The notes beneath the pieces are model-generated. The model had not been told where the DNA came from. It ran no database searches and was given only the letters and a program-made list of their open reading frames with translations. Both the position numbers and the translations under genes were made by a program. This document shows, in pieces, positions 38,558 through 48,146 of a stretch of DNA of 64,000 nucleotides. The stretch's first letter is position 1. The number at the start of each line of letters is the position of its first letter. This DNA is from Alphaproteobacteria bacterium (lineage in GTDB: Bacteria > Pseudomonadota > Alphaproteobacteria > UBA828), in contig CAXXMU010000002.1 in the NCBI GenBank assembly GCA_963667785.2, forward strand, positions 608,001 through 672,000, read 5' to 3'.

Positions 38558-39043
38558 CTATTCCGGGAGCTCGGATTCGAGCCTGGTACCCAGGCGTTCG
38601 AACATCTGGTTGAGCAGGGGCCCGGCGTCGGCGGCGAAGGACTGCATGAGAAGATTCGATTTCAGCATGACGCTTGCCCCGAGTTCCGTGTTCAGGAAGT
38701 CGTTGAATGCCTGGATCTCTTCCAGCGTCAACGTCTCGCTCACGGCTGTCGTCAGGAGACCCTCGAGTTGCGGACGCATCCGCTGGAGTTCCTCCTGGAT
38801 GATCCGGGTCAGCGCTTCCGCCTGATCGTCCCGCAGTTGCGTGCCCTGCATCTGCAACTGCAATTCGATGAAAGACCGCAGCATGTCGACGGAAATTGCA
38901 TCGTCCACCACACGCTGCGTGACTGGGTGTCCGACATAGCTCTTTGCGGCGGCCTTGAGCGCCGCATCGTCATCGGCGAGGGCAGAGCTCGCGACAACCA
39001 CCAGAAGTGCTGAGCCGGCAATCGCAGCAATTATTCTGGTCAT
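38558..39043 (-). CDS. Secreted DUF2059-like protein
   Basis: Signal peptide (ASSALA), helical body, T.EEI.A...F..T.LG...K; RBS AAGGAGGAG. Confidence 0.65.
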   Translation of the reverse strand: MTRIIAAIAGSALLVVVASSALADDDAALKAAAKSYVGHPVTQRVVDDAISVDMLRSFIELQLQMQGTQLRDDQAEALTRIIQEELQRMRPQLEGLLTTAVSETLTLEEIQAFNDFLNTELGASVMLKSNLLMQSFAADAGPLLNQMFERLGTRLESELPE

Positions 39044-39121
39044 GGGACTCCTCCTTCGTGCTTCGCCGGCCCGAGCGGGTGAGTGTTCCAACCGGGCCGG
39101 TCCACGCCAAGGCAGGGCGCG

Positions 39122-40285
39122 TCAGTCTACATTGGACGCACAGGCGGAGCCCGATCTTGGAACCAGCACCCGCCCCTCCATCAGGCGACGTGCGGTGCGG
39201 GTGACGGTGAGGCGGGCGAGGCGGGGCGGATCGGCGGCGGCGAGTTCGACCCCGACCGCCGCCCGGCCCGAGGGATGGCCGAGGCGGACGGGGGCATCGG
39301 CCGCCGCGCCGGGGTCGGCCGGCCGGGCCGCCTCGACGGCGAGGGTTCCGGGGATGCGCGCGGCTGCCGCCAGCGCCAGCGCCGCGGTGAGAGGCAGCGC
39401 CCGGTGCGCGCGGCCCATGGAGATGACGCGGGCGGAGAGATCGACCGCATCCGCCGCAAGCCGCGCGCCGCTCAGCGTCTCCGCGTCGGCGGGCGGGGCG
39501 ACGAAGCCCACCTTGGGCACGCTCGCGGTCTCCGGCGCGAGGCCCATGGCCGCCGCGGCGGCGCGGCGGATCCCCTCCAGCCGCGCACCCAGCGCGGCGT
39601 CGCCCTCGATCGCCGCCGGCGGCTCGATACCCGCGAGGCCCAGGTCGGCCGCGCGGACGACGACCACGGCAGTCGCCGCGTCGATCAGCGTCGCCTCGAT
39701 GGCGCCCGTGCCCGGCACCTCGAGGGCGTCCCGGGCGCGGCCGGTCGGCAGCAGGCGGCCGGTGACGGCGCCGCCCGGCTCCAGGAAGGAGAGGGCGATG
39801 GGCGCGCCCCGGCCGGCGACGCCGTCGAGCACGGTCTCGCCCGCCACCGCCGCGCGGCCTCCCGCTACCGGGAAGCGCGCTTCGATGCGCTGGTCCAGGT
39901 TCTCGTTGTGGAGGGTGAGTACCGCCTCGCCGTCCGCCGCCTGCACCAGCCCCTCGTCCACCGCGAAGTGGCCCACGGCGGCGGTGAGGTTGCCGCAGTT
40001 GCTGCGGTAGTCCACCAGCGCCTGCCCGACCGCTACCTGGCCGAAGAGGTAGTCCACGTCCACGCCCGGCCGCGCGCTCGGGCTCACTACCACGACCTTG
40101 CTGAGCGACGAGATGCCGCCGCCCATGCCGTCGAGCTGGCGGCCGTGCGGGTCGGGGCTGCCGAGGGCGGCGAGGAAGAGCGCGTCCCATTCGGCGCGCT
40201 CGGCCGGGAGGTCGCGGCGGTGGAAGAAGAGGCCCTTGCTGGTGCCGCCCCGCATGAAGACGGCGGGCAGCGCGATCTGGCTCAC
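39122..40285 (-). CDS. PrpF/AcnD-accessory family isomerase
   Basis: MRGGTSKG, GSPDP..RQLDGMGGG.SS.SK, NCGNL, GHPSG, RTARRLMEG. Confidence 0.9.
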   Translation of the reverse strand: MSQIALPAVFMRGGTSKGLFFHRRDLPAERAEWDALFLAALGSPDPHGRQLDGMGGGISSLSKVVVVSPSARPGVDVDYLFGQVAVGQALVDYRSNCGNLTAAVGHFAVDEGLVQAADGEAVLTLHNENLDQRIEARFPVAGGRAAVAGETVLDGVAGRGAPIALSFLEPGGAVTGRLLPTGRARDALEVPGTGAIEATLIDAATAVVVVRAADLGLAGIEPPAAIEGDAALGARLEGIRRAAAAAMGLAPETASVPKVGFVAPPADAETLSGARLAADAVDLSARVISMGRAHRALPLTAALALAAAARIPGTLAVEAARPADPGAAADAPVRLGHPSGRAAVGVELAAADPPRLARLTVTRTARRLMEGRVLVPRSGSACASNVD

Positions 40286-40299
40286 CGCGATCCCGCCCG

Positions 40300-40449
40300 C
40301 CAGAGCGTATTCGTCTTTGACGGATACGCGACAGGCCGCGACCGCGGCCCGCCGCTCATGCGGCGCGCCCGCGCAGGTGCCGGCTGAAAGCCGGCTGCCG
40401 TGAGCGACGAGGAGCTAGAGTGCTTCCGTGTGACACGGATGCACTCTAG
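40300..40449. repeat. ~150-bp multi-hairpin dispersed element, copy 2
   Basis: Aligns along its full length with 15107-15257; its terminal CTAG contains the TAG stop of the upstream minus-strand gene. Confidence 0.88.
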
Positions 40450-41918
40450 CGCAGGTTCCTGCGCGCCGCCGCGTCGCGCCCGGCGATCCGGCCGAAGACC
40501 GCGCCCCGCATCACCGAGGTGGAGCCGGTATAGGTGCGGTAGTAGAGCCCGGCGGTCTCGCCGGCGGCGTAGAGGCCGGGAATCGCCTCGCCGTCAGAGT
40601 CGAGCACCCGGGCGGAGGGGTCGATCTTGAGCCCGCCGAAGGTGAAGCAGTTGGCGGCGATGATCGGCCAGGCGCGATAGGGGGGGCGGTCCACCGGCCT
40701 CGCCCAGTTCGACTTCCGGGGCTCGAGGCCGGCCGTCTCCAGGCCGTCCGGCGCGAGCGGGGCGAACCCGTCCTCGGCCGGGCAGGCGGCGTTGTAGGCG
40801 GTAAGCGTGCCAGCCAGCCCCGCGCCGTCGATGCCGAGCGCGTCCGCCAGCGCGGCCGGGGTCTCCGCCTCCACCGGCGGCTGGTCGGTCCGCACCGCCT
40901 TTCGCCAGTTGGGCACGTCGTCGAGCCGCGCGTCGGTGACGGCAAACGCGATGCCCTCGGTCTGCGCCATGATCCGCCGCGACGTGGCCTCGTAGGTCGC
41001 GTCCACCGTGGCCGGCGCCTCGTCGGTGAAGCGCCTGCCTTCGCGGTTCACCAGAATGCCGTAGGTGTAGTTGAGCACCACCGGCTCGTGCCGGCCCGAG
41101 CGCGGATCGACCGGCTGGGCGTGGAAGCTGCCGTAGTCGCCGCAGGGGGCGGCGCCGATCTCGAGCGCCATGCGGATGCCCTCGCCCCGGTTGTAGTAGC
41201 CGCCGCGCGCGACCGGGCGGATGAACTGGCTCTGTGGGCCGAGATAGCGGCTCAGCATCTCCGGGTTGCCCTCGAAGCCGCCCGACGCCAGCACCACTGC
41301 GCGTGCGTTCAGCCTGAGCCTGCGATTGCCGGCGCCGCTCGCCTCGATGCCATTCACCCGGCCCGCCTCGTCGAGGGAGAGGCGCCGCGCCGTCGTCTCG
41401 TAGCGGACGGCGATCCGCTCCGGCACCGATTCGGCATGGGCCGCCAGCGCCTCCACGAGCGCGAGGCCGCCGCCCGCCGGCGCCATGCGGGTGGTGCTCT
41501 CGGTGATAAAGTAGTTGGGGAGGAAGTCGAAGGCGACGCCGAAGCCGCTGAGCCAGCGGAGCGTCGGCCCGGCGTTCTCGGCGAGCGTCGAGACCAGCTC
41601 GGGATCGACGAAGCCGAGCCCGCGCAAGAGCCGGGGCCAGGCGTCGTAGGGCTTTGCGCTCTCTCCGATCACCGCCGGGTCGGGGTGGCCGCCGGCGTTC
41701 TCGGCGAATCGGTCCCAGAAATCCTCCGAGACCTCGTCGTGGCTCCGCATGCGCCAGAAGGATTCGGTGTAGCGGGTGTTGCCGCCGCGCTCCTCCCTCG
41801 GCGCCCGCTCCAGCAGGGCGACCCGCGCGCCCGCCTGCTGCGCGCTCACCGCGGCCGAAAGCCCGGCGATGCCGCAGCCCACCACGATCACGTCGTAGCC
41901 GTCGTCCCCGCTCGCCAC
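40446..41918 (-). CDS. FAD-binding dehydrogenase, TcuA (tricarballylate dehydrogenase)/flavocytochrome c-like
   Basis: YDVIVVGCGIAG, RGGNTRYT, VLASGGFEGN, KSNWA, FTFGGL, PGLYAAGE. Confidence 0.8.
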   Translation of the reverse strand: MASGDDGYDVIVVGCGIAGLSAAVSAQQAGARVALLERAPREERGGNTRYTESFWRMRSHDEVSEDFWDRFAENAGGHPDPAVIGESAKPYDAWPRLLRGLGFVDPELVSTLAENAGPTLRWLSGFGVAFDFLPNYFITESTTRMAPAGGGLALVEALAAHAESVPERIAVRYETTARRLSLDEAGRVNGIEASGAGNRRLRLNARAVVLASGGFEGNPEMLSRYLGPQSQFIRPVARGGYYNRGEGIRMALEIGAAPCGDYGSFHAQPVDPRSGRHEPVVLNYTYGILVNREGRRFTDEAPATVDATYEATSRRIMAQTEGIAFAVTDARLDDVPNWRKAVRTDQPPVEAETPAALADALGIDGAGLAGTLTAYNAACPAEDGFAPLAPDGLETAGLEPRKSNWARPVDRPPYRAWPIIAANCFTFGGLKIDPSARVLDSDGEAIPGLYAAGETAGLYYRTYTGSTSVMRGAVFGRIAGRDAAARRNLR

Positions 41919-42001
41919 GCTGGCGCCCCCCGCCGTTTGCGGCCATCCATGCGTCGGGCTATCTACCCTGCGGGCGCACGGGCGGCAACGCGGGCGGCGG
42001 G

Positions 42002-44386
42002 ATGGCGAGGGGTATCGGCACGGCCGAGAGGCGGGTGGAGGACGAGCGCTTCCTCACCGGCCGCGGGCGCTATCTCGACGATATCGCGCTGCCCCGCCAG
42101 GCCTGGGGCCACGTGGTGCGCTCGCCCCATGCCCACGCGGACATCAGGGCGATAGCGACCGGCGCCGCGCTCGCCATGCCGGGCGTGCGTGCGGTCTTCA
42201 CCGCCGCGGAGCTCGCCGCCGCCGGCATCGGCGGGATCCCCTGCGTGATGGTGCCCACGGGGGCCGACGGCAGCGCGGCGGCGATCCCGCCCCGCCCGGT
42301 GCTCGCGCACACTCGCGTGCTGACGGTGGGCGACCCGGTCGCCTTCGTGGTGGCCGACAGCGCCGCCGAGGCCCGTGCAGGCGCCGAGGCCGTCGCCGTG
42401 GACTACGAACCGCTGCCGGCCGTCACCGATGCCGGGGCCGCGCTCGCGCCCGGCGCGCCGCTCCTGCACGAGGACGCGCCCGGCAATCTCTGCCTCGACT
42501 GGGAGCTGGGCGACCGCGCGGCGGTGGAGCAGGCGTTCGCCGCCGCCGCCCATCGCGTCAGCCTGGAGACGCGCAACCAGCGGCTCAGCGTCTGCCCCAT
42601 GGAGACGCGGGCCGCGCTCGGCGCCTTCGACGCCGGCACCGGGACCTACACGCTCACCGCCGGCACCCAGGGCGTCCACCTGGTGCGGAACGTCATTGCC
42701 AGGCACGTGCTGAAGGTGCCGGTCGCGAACGTGCGCGTGGTGACGCCGGACGTCGGCGGCGCCTTCGGGGTCAAGATCTGGGTCTATCCCGAGTACGCGC
42801 TCGTGCTCTTCGCCGCCCGCGCGCTCGGCCGTCCGGTCAAGTGGGTGGGGGACCGCAGCGAGTCCATGGCGATCGACCACCATGCCCGCGACCTCGACGC
42901 CCGCGTGACGCTCGCGCTCGACGCCGACGGGCGCTTCCTCGCGCTGAGCCTCGAGAACGTCGCCAATCTCGGCGCCTATCCCTCCAATTACGGGCCGTCC
43001 GTGCCGACCGTCGGCGGCAGCCGCGCGCTGATCGGCCCCTACACCACGCCGGCGCTCCACGTCCGCGTGCGCGCGGCCTACACCAACACCGCGCCGACCG
43101 ACGCCTACCGGGGCGCGGGCCGGCCGGAGTGCGTTCACCTGCTGGAGCGCGTGATCGACAAGGCGGCGCACGAGCTGGGCCTCTGCCCGGCCGCGCTGCG
43201 CCGCCGGAACCTGATCCCCGCCGCCGCCATGCCCTACCGCACGCCGCTCGGCCACACATACGATTCCGGCGACTTCCCGGCCATCCTCGAGGCGGCCTGC
43301 GCGGAGAGCGGCTGGCACGCGGCGCGCGAGCGGCGGGTGGCCGGGGCGGAAGGGGAGGGCGCGGAGGAGGGGACTCACCTGCGCGGCATCGGGCTCGCCC
43401 TCTACGTCGATCCCTGCGGCCGCAACCGCAACCAGTGGGCGGCGCTGCACTTCGATGCGGACGGCGGGGCGACGGTGCTGATCGGCAGCCAGTCGACCGG
43501 GCAGGGGCATGAGACCGCCTTCGCCCAGATCGTCGCCGACCACCTCGGCATCCCGCTCGCCAGCGTGCGCGTACGCCAGGGAGACACCGACCTCATCCCC
43601 CACGGCAGTGGCTCCAGCGGCTCGCGCTCGCTCGCCATGGGCGGCAACGCGCTGCGCCGGGCCGCGGCCGACGCGGCGGAGAAGGGGCGTGCCGTGGCCG
43701 CCGCCCTGCTGCAGGCGCCGGCGGACGACGTGCGCTTCGAGGACGCGCGCTACCGCGTCGCCGGCAGCGACAGGACCCTCGACTTCGCGGAGGTCGCGCG
43801 CGCCTCCTTCGACCCGGTGCTCCGGCCCGACGCCGAGACCCTCGGCCTCGACTGCCAGGTCAACCACGTGGCGCGCGCCGTGACCTTCGCGAATGGCTGC
43901 CACGTCTGCGAGGTGGAGATCGAGCGCGCCACCGGCCAAGTGCGCATCGTCGGCTACACCGCCGTCGACGACTTCGGGCGTATCCTCAATCCGCTGCTGG
44001 CGGAAGGCCAGAACCACGGCGCCATCGCGCAGGGAATCGGCCAGGCGCTCTCCGAGCGCACCGCCTACGACGAGGCCAGCGGGCAGCTTCTGACCGGCTC
44101 CTTCATGGACTACACGCTGCCGCGTGCCGACGAGCTGCCGCCCTTCGCCGGCCGCTTCGCCGTGATACCGTGCCTCACCAACGAGCTCGGCGTGAAGGGC
44201 ATGGGCGAGGCCGGCACCATCGTAGCGCCGGCGGCGGTGATGAACGCGGTGGCTGACGCGCTCCGCGACCACGGCGGCCACGAGGCGCTGGCCATGCCGG
44301 CCACGCCGGAGGCGGTCTGGCGGCTCCTGCGGCGGGAGCCCGGGGGCGGTCAACCGGACGAGACGGAAGGAAAAGGCGACTCATGA
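42002..44386 (+). CDS. Xanthine dehydrogenase family molybdopterin-binding subunit (CoxL form II-like)
   Basis: R.EDERFLTG.G.Y.DD, RSPHAHA, DVGGAFG.K, AYRGAGRPE, GQGHET, GVKG.GEAG. Confidence 0.9.
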   Translation: MARGIGTAERRVEDERFLTGRGRYLDDIALPRQAWGHVVRSPHAHADIRAIATGAALAMPGVRAVFTAAELAAAGIGGIPCVMVPTGADGSAAAIPPRPVLAHTRVLTVGDPVAFVVADSAAEARAGAEAVAVDYEPLPAVTDAGAALAPGAPLLHEDAPGNLCLDWELGDRAAVEQAFAAAAHRVSLETRNQRLSVCPMETRAALGAFDAGTGTYTLTAGTQGVHLVRNVIARHVLKVPVANVRVVTPDVGGAFGVKIWVYPEYALVLFAARALGRPVKWVGDRSESMAIDHHARDLDARVTLALDADGRFLALSLENVANLGAYPSNYGPSVPTVGGSRALIGPYTTPALHVRVRAAYTNTAPTDAYRGAGRPECVHLLERVIDKAAHELGLCPAALRRRNLIPAAAMPYRTPLGHTYDSGDFPAILEAACAESGWHAARERRVAGAEGEGAEEGTHLRGIGLALYVDPCGRNRNQWAALHFDADGGATVLIGSQSTGQGHETAFAQIVADHLGIPLASVRVRQGDTDLIPHGSGSSGSRSLAMGGNALRRAAADAAEKGRAVAAALLQAPADDVRFEDARYRVAGSDRTLDFAEVARASFDPVLRPDAETLGLDCQVNHVARAVTFANGCHVCEVEIERATGQVRIVGYTAVDDFGRILNPLLAEGQNHGAIAQGIGQALSERTAYDEASGQLLTGSFMDYTLPRADELPPFAGRFAVIPCLTNELGVKGMGEAGTIVAPAAVMNAVADALRDHGGHEALAMPATPEAVWRLLRREPGGGQPDETEGKGDS

Positions 44387-45414
44387 CGAGCTGGCGCAAC
44401 CGCAAGACCCTGATCCTCAGCCGCACCGACATGATGGGCCTGCTCGAGCCCGGCGAGTATGTCGACTGCGTCGAGACCGCATTCCGCCGGCACGGCGAGG
44501 GACGCTGCTACCTGGAGCCCAAGGGCCACATCGTGCTCGACAAGTATCCCGGTGAGTGGGAGGTCATGCCGTCCTACATCGAGGAGCCGGCCGGTGCGGG
44601 CGTTACCGAGGCCGCCGCCTGCAAGTGGGTCTCGATCCGCGAGCACAACCGCGCCCGCTTCGACCTGCCGACGGTCTTCTCGATCCTGGTCTACACCGAG
44701 CCGGAGACCGGCTTTCCCCTGGCCATCGTCGACGGCAGCTACCACACCATGATGCGCACAGGCGCGTCCGCCGCCGTCTCGATCCGCTGGCTCGCGCGCG
44801 AGGACGCGAAGGTGCTGGCGCTGGTGGGCGCGGGCGACGTGGGCATCGGCTCGCTCCGCACCTGCGCCGGCGTGCGCGACTGGTCCGAGGTCAGGGTCTG
44901 GAGCCGCACCCAGGCCACCCTCGACGCCTTCATGGCGAGCGAGACGGCGCGCCATCCGGGACTCGCGCTGGTGCCCTCCACCGATCTCGAGGCCGTGGTG
45001 CGGGGCGCCGACGCCGTCGTCACCACCACCACCGGGGCCGCGCTCGTGGTGAGGAACGAGTGGATCGCCGACGGCACCCACATCGCGGCGCTCGGCTCCG
45101 ACCTCGCCGGCAACCAGGAGCTGGAGAGCGCGATCGCGGCCAGGGCGCGCATCTTCGTGGACGACATCAGGCAGTGCGTGCCGGACGGCGAGATCAACGT
45201 GCCGATCAAGGAAGGCGCGATCGCGCCGGGCGACGTGGCCGGCGAGATCGGCGCCGTCATCTGCGGCACCCTGGAGGGCCGGCGCGAGGACGCAGAGGTC
45301 ACGCTCTTCGATTCCACCGGCATCGCGATCCAGGATTCCGCGACCGTCCCGCTCGAATACCAGCGCGCGGTGGAGGCGGGCGTCGGCATCGAGAAGAAGA
45401 TGATCTCGACCTGA
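44383..45414 (+). CDS. Ornithine cyclodeaminase/mu-crystallin family protein
   Basis: MRTGA, GAG, GTHI.A.GSD, FDSTGIAIQD. Confidence 0.88.
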   Translation: MTSWRNRKTLILSRTDMMGLLEPGEYVDCVETAFRRHGEGRCYLEPKGHIVLDKYPGEWEVMPSYIEEPAGAGVTEAAACKWVSIREHNRARFDLPTVFSILVYTEPETGFPLAIVDGSYHTMMRTGASAAVSIRWLAREDAKVLALVGAGDVGIGSLRTCAGVRDWSEVRVWSRTQATLDAFMASETARHPGLALVPSTDLEAVVRGADAVVTTTTGAALVVRNEWIADGTHIAALGSDLAGNQELESAIAARARIFVDDIRQCVPDGEINVPIKEGAIAPGDVAGEIGAVICGTLEGRREDAEVTLFDSTGIAIQDSATVPLEYQRAVEAGVGIEKKMIST

Positions 45415-45529
45415 TCCCGCGGCCGGCGTTCGCTCTCGTGCCCTGCCCCTGGGTGCTTGCGGCCGCTGCGGCGGCGACATAGCTTCATCGCGGCACCGCT
45501 GCCGGCAGCGACAAGGAGAGAGGAGCACG

Positions 45530-46684
45530 ATGGCCAAGATCGTAGACGTGCGCGCGAGCGCGCATTCCTGCTCGCTCGATAACTACCGCGTGCGCCTGGG
45601 GCTCGGCACCAACACCAAGCGCGACATCGTGCTGGTGCGCATCACCGACGAGAGCGGCGCGGTGGGCTACGGCGAGGCCCATCACGGCCAGAACCCGACC
45701 GCCATGGCGACGGTGATCCAGGACGGGCTCGGCTCGCTCATCATCGGCGCCGACCCGCTGGACAGCGAGGGCATCTGGCACCGGCTCGAGCGTCAGCAGA
45801 TCGTCACGCACGGGCTGGGCGCCGGCAGCATCACCGCGCTCGCCGGCATCGACAACGCGCTCTGGGACCTCAAGGGCAAGCTGCTGGACCTGCCGGTCTA
45901 TCGCCTCCTCGGCGGGGCGAAGAGGCGCATCCGCGCCTATGCCGGCGGGCTCAGCCTCGGCTTCAAGCCGCCGGAGGAGCTGGAGGCCGAGGTCGAGGCC
46001 CTGGTCGCAGACGGCTACACCGCCATCAAGATGCGCGTCGGCGATCACCCGGCGCGGGATGCCGAGCGCGTCGGCCACATCCGCAGGACCTTCGGCGACG
46101 ATCTCGACATCGCCGTCGACGCCGCCACCCGCTACGACCTGCTCGATATCCCCGACGTGCTGCGCTATTGCGAGGAGAACCGCGTCTACTGGCTGGAGGA
46201 GCCGTTCACGCCTGACAACATTCCGGCCTATGCGGAGCTCAGGCAGCGCACGGCGATCCCCATCGCCGCCGGTGAGAACCACTACGGCAGGCCGGCGTTC
46301 CGCGCCCTCTTCGAGGCCCGCGCCATCTCCATCTGCCAGGCCGATTTCTGCAAGTCGGGCGGGATCAGCGAGCTCAAGAAGATCGCCGACATGGCCGCCG
46401 CCTGGCACATCCCGGTGGCGCCGCACACCAGCCACAGCATCCTGAGCGCCGCCGGCAACGCTCATCTGCTGTGCGCGATCCCGAACGGGCTGATCTACGA
46501 GGCCGACGTGGCCCGGGTAAACCCCTTCCGCACCGATCTCGCGAAGGGCTACACCGGCGTCGTCGACGGCCACATCGAGCCGCCGGACGGCCCCGGCTAC
46601 GGCATCGAGATCGACGAGACCGTGCTGGAGCGCTATCCCGCCATCCCCGGACCCTGCTACATCCCCGGCTGGGCGGACGGGTAG
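45530..46684 (+). CDS. Mandelate racemase/muconate lactonising enzyme (enolase superfamily)
   Basis: GYGEA, GID.ALWD.KGK, K.R, VDA, WLEEP, AGEN, GPG.GIE. Confidence 0.9.
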   Translation: MAKIVDVRASAHSCSLDNYRVRLGLGTNTKRDIVLVRITDESGAVGYGEAHHGQNPTAMATVIQDGLGSLIIGADPLDSEGIWHRLERQQIVTHGLGAGSITALAGIDNALWDLKGKLLDLPVYRLLGGAKRRIRAYAGGLSLGFKPPEELEAEVEALVADGYTAIKMRVGDHPARDAERVGHIRRTFGDDLDIAVDAATRYDLLDIPDVLRYCEENRVYWLEEPFTPDNIPAYAELRQRTAIPIAAGENHYGRPAFRALFEARAISICQADFCKSGGISELKKIADMAAAWHIPVAPHTSHSILSAAGNAHLLCAIPNGLIYEADVARVNPFRTDLAKGYTGVVDGHIEPPDGPGYGIEIDETVLERYPAIPGPCYIPGWADG

Positions 46685-46707
46685 GCGCGCGCCGGGGAGG
46701 GGGGGCC

Positions 46708-47577
46708 ATGGCGCTCGAGATCACGCCCATCGACGCCACTCTCGGCGCGACGGTGAGCGGCGTCCGCCTCGATGCGCTCGACGACGAGACCTTCGCGGCC
46801 ATCGAGGCGGCGTGGCACGCCCACGCCGTCCTGGTCTTCCCCGGCCAGCATCTCTCCGAAGAGGCGCAGGTCGCCTTCAGCGAACGCTTCGGCCCGCTGG
46901 AGCGCAGCCTGACCAAGACCCACACCCAGCACGACCCGGCCATCATCCACCTCTCCAACGTCAGGAAGGACGGCACGCTCTGGCCCGCCAACAGCGAGAC
47001 CGGGCTGCTGCTCAAGGGCAACAACTACTGGCACACCGACAGCTCCTTCAAGCGCATCCCGGCCAAGGGCTCGGCGCTGACCGCGAGGATCGTGCCCGAG
47101 ACCGGCGGCGACACTGCGTTCGCGGACATGCGCGCGGCCTACGACGCCCTGGAGCCCGCCATGCAGGACTGGCTCGCCGACAAGATCGCCGTGCACAGCT
47201 ACGCCTACAGCCAGGGCAGGGTCGGCGGCATGGCCGGGATCAGCGAGGACGAGTGGGAGGCGCTGCCGCCGGTGGAGCAGCCGCTGATCCGCACCCACCC
47301 GGCGACGGGCCGGCGCAACCTCTATATCGGCCGCCACGCGAGCCACATCGTGGGCGAGGACGAGCGGGAGAGCCGCCGCCTGCTGGAGCGTCTCTGCGAG
47401 GACGCCTGCCGGCCGCCCCGCGTCTTCGTCCACGACTGGGCGATCGGCGACCTGGTGATGTGGGACAACCGCTGCGTGCTGCACCGCGGCCTCGGCTATC
47501 CCGCCGACCAGCCGCGCCGCATGGTCCGCACCACCATCGCCGGCGACAGCGGCGACGCCAACGAGTGGGTCGCCTGA
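46708..47577 (+). CDS. TauD/TfdA family 2OG-Fe(II) dioxygenase
   Basis: WHTDSS, GGDT.FADM.AAY, HP.TGR, WDNRCVLHR. Confidence 0.9.
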   Translation: MALEITPIDATLGATVSGVRLDALDDETFAAIEAAWHAHAVLVFPGQHLSEEAQVAFSERFGPLERSLTKTHTQHDPAIIHLSNVRKDGTLWPANSETGLLLKGNNYWHTDSSFKRIPAKGSALTARIVPETGGDTAFADMRAAYDALEPAMQDWLADKIAVHSYAYSQGRVGGMAGISEDEWEALPPVEQPLIRTHPATGRRNLYIGRHASHIVGEDERESRRLLERLCEDACRPPRVFVHDWAIGDLVMWDNRCVLHRGLGYPADQPRRMVRTTIAGDSGDANEWVA

Positions 47578-47644
47578 GCCGGGCACCTCTGGCGACAAGA
47601 CCAAACTGCGAAGCGTGAAATGGTCCGGCGCCGGCTGAACCACT

Positions 47645-47694
47645 ATGGTGCGCCGCGAGGGCGGGACCGGATGGTGCGCCGCGAGGGCGGGACC
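47645..47694. repeat. Perfect 24-bp tandem direct repeat
   Basis: ATGGTGCGCCGCGAGGGCGGGACC at 47645-47668 and 47671-47694. Confidence 0.85.
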
Positions 47695-47713
47695 TGAGAG
47701 GGAGAGACGAGCG

Positions 47714-48109
47714 ATGGTTGAGCTGCCGGATCTGGCGCGGAGACTCCTGGAGGGCAAGAACTTCGCCACCGTGGCGACCCTGATGGCCGACGGCCAACCC
47801 CAGGCGTCGGTGGTGTGGATCGACACCGACGGCGCCCTCATCGTCTTCAACACCGCGGAAGGGCGCGTGAAGCCCCGCAACATGCGGCGCGACGCGCGGG
47901 TCGCGGTCGCCGTGTTCGATCAGGAGAACCCCTACCAGCAGGCCATGATCCAGGGCCGCGTGGTGGAGATGGTGCACGAGGGCGCAGAAGAGCACATCGA
48001 CGCGATGGCCAAGAAATACCTGGGCGTGGACAGCTATCCCTTCCGCAAGGAGGGCGAGCAGCGGGTGATCGTGAAGATCGCGCCGGAGAAGGTCGCGCTG
48101 ATGGAGTAG
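47714..48109 (+). CDS. PPOX-class putative F420-dependent oxidoreductase
   Basis: ATL..DG.PQ.S.VW, GR.K.RN.RRD.RVA, AKKY.G...YP, RV. Confidence 0.88.
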   Translation: MVELPDLARRLLEGKNFATVATLMADGQPQASVVWIDTDGALIVFNTAEGRVKPRNMRRDARVAVAVFDQENPYQQAMIQGRVVEMVHEGAEEHIDAMAKKYLGVDSYPFRKEGEQRVIVKIAPEKVALME

Positions 48110-48146
48110 GCCGTCAGCGGACGACGGGACAAGGGAGGGACGCGCG

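Noticed and set aside
42002-44386. True aerobic CO dehydrogenase (coxL form I)
   Set aside because: Active-site loop is AYRGAGR, and there are no coxM/coxS or accessory genes
47645-47694. Possible mini-CRISPR or tRNA-derived att site
   Set aside because: Only two units with a 2-bp gap, no spacers or cas genes; the reverse complement ends in GCACCA but lacks a T-loop
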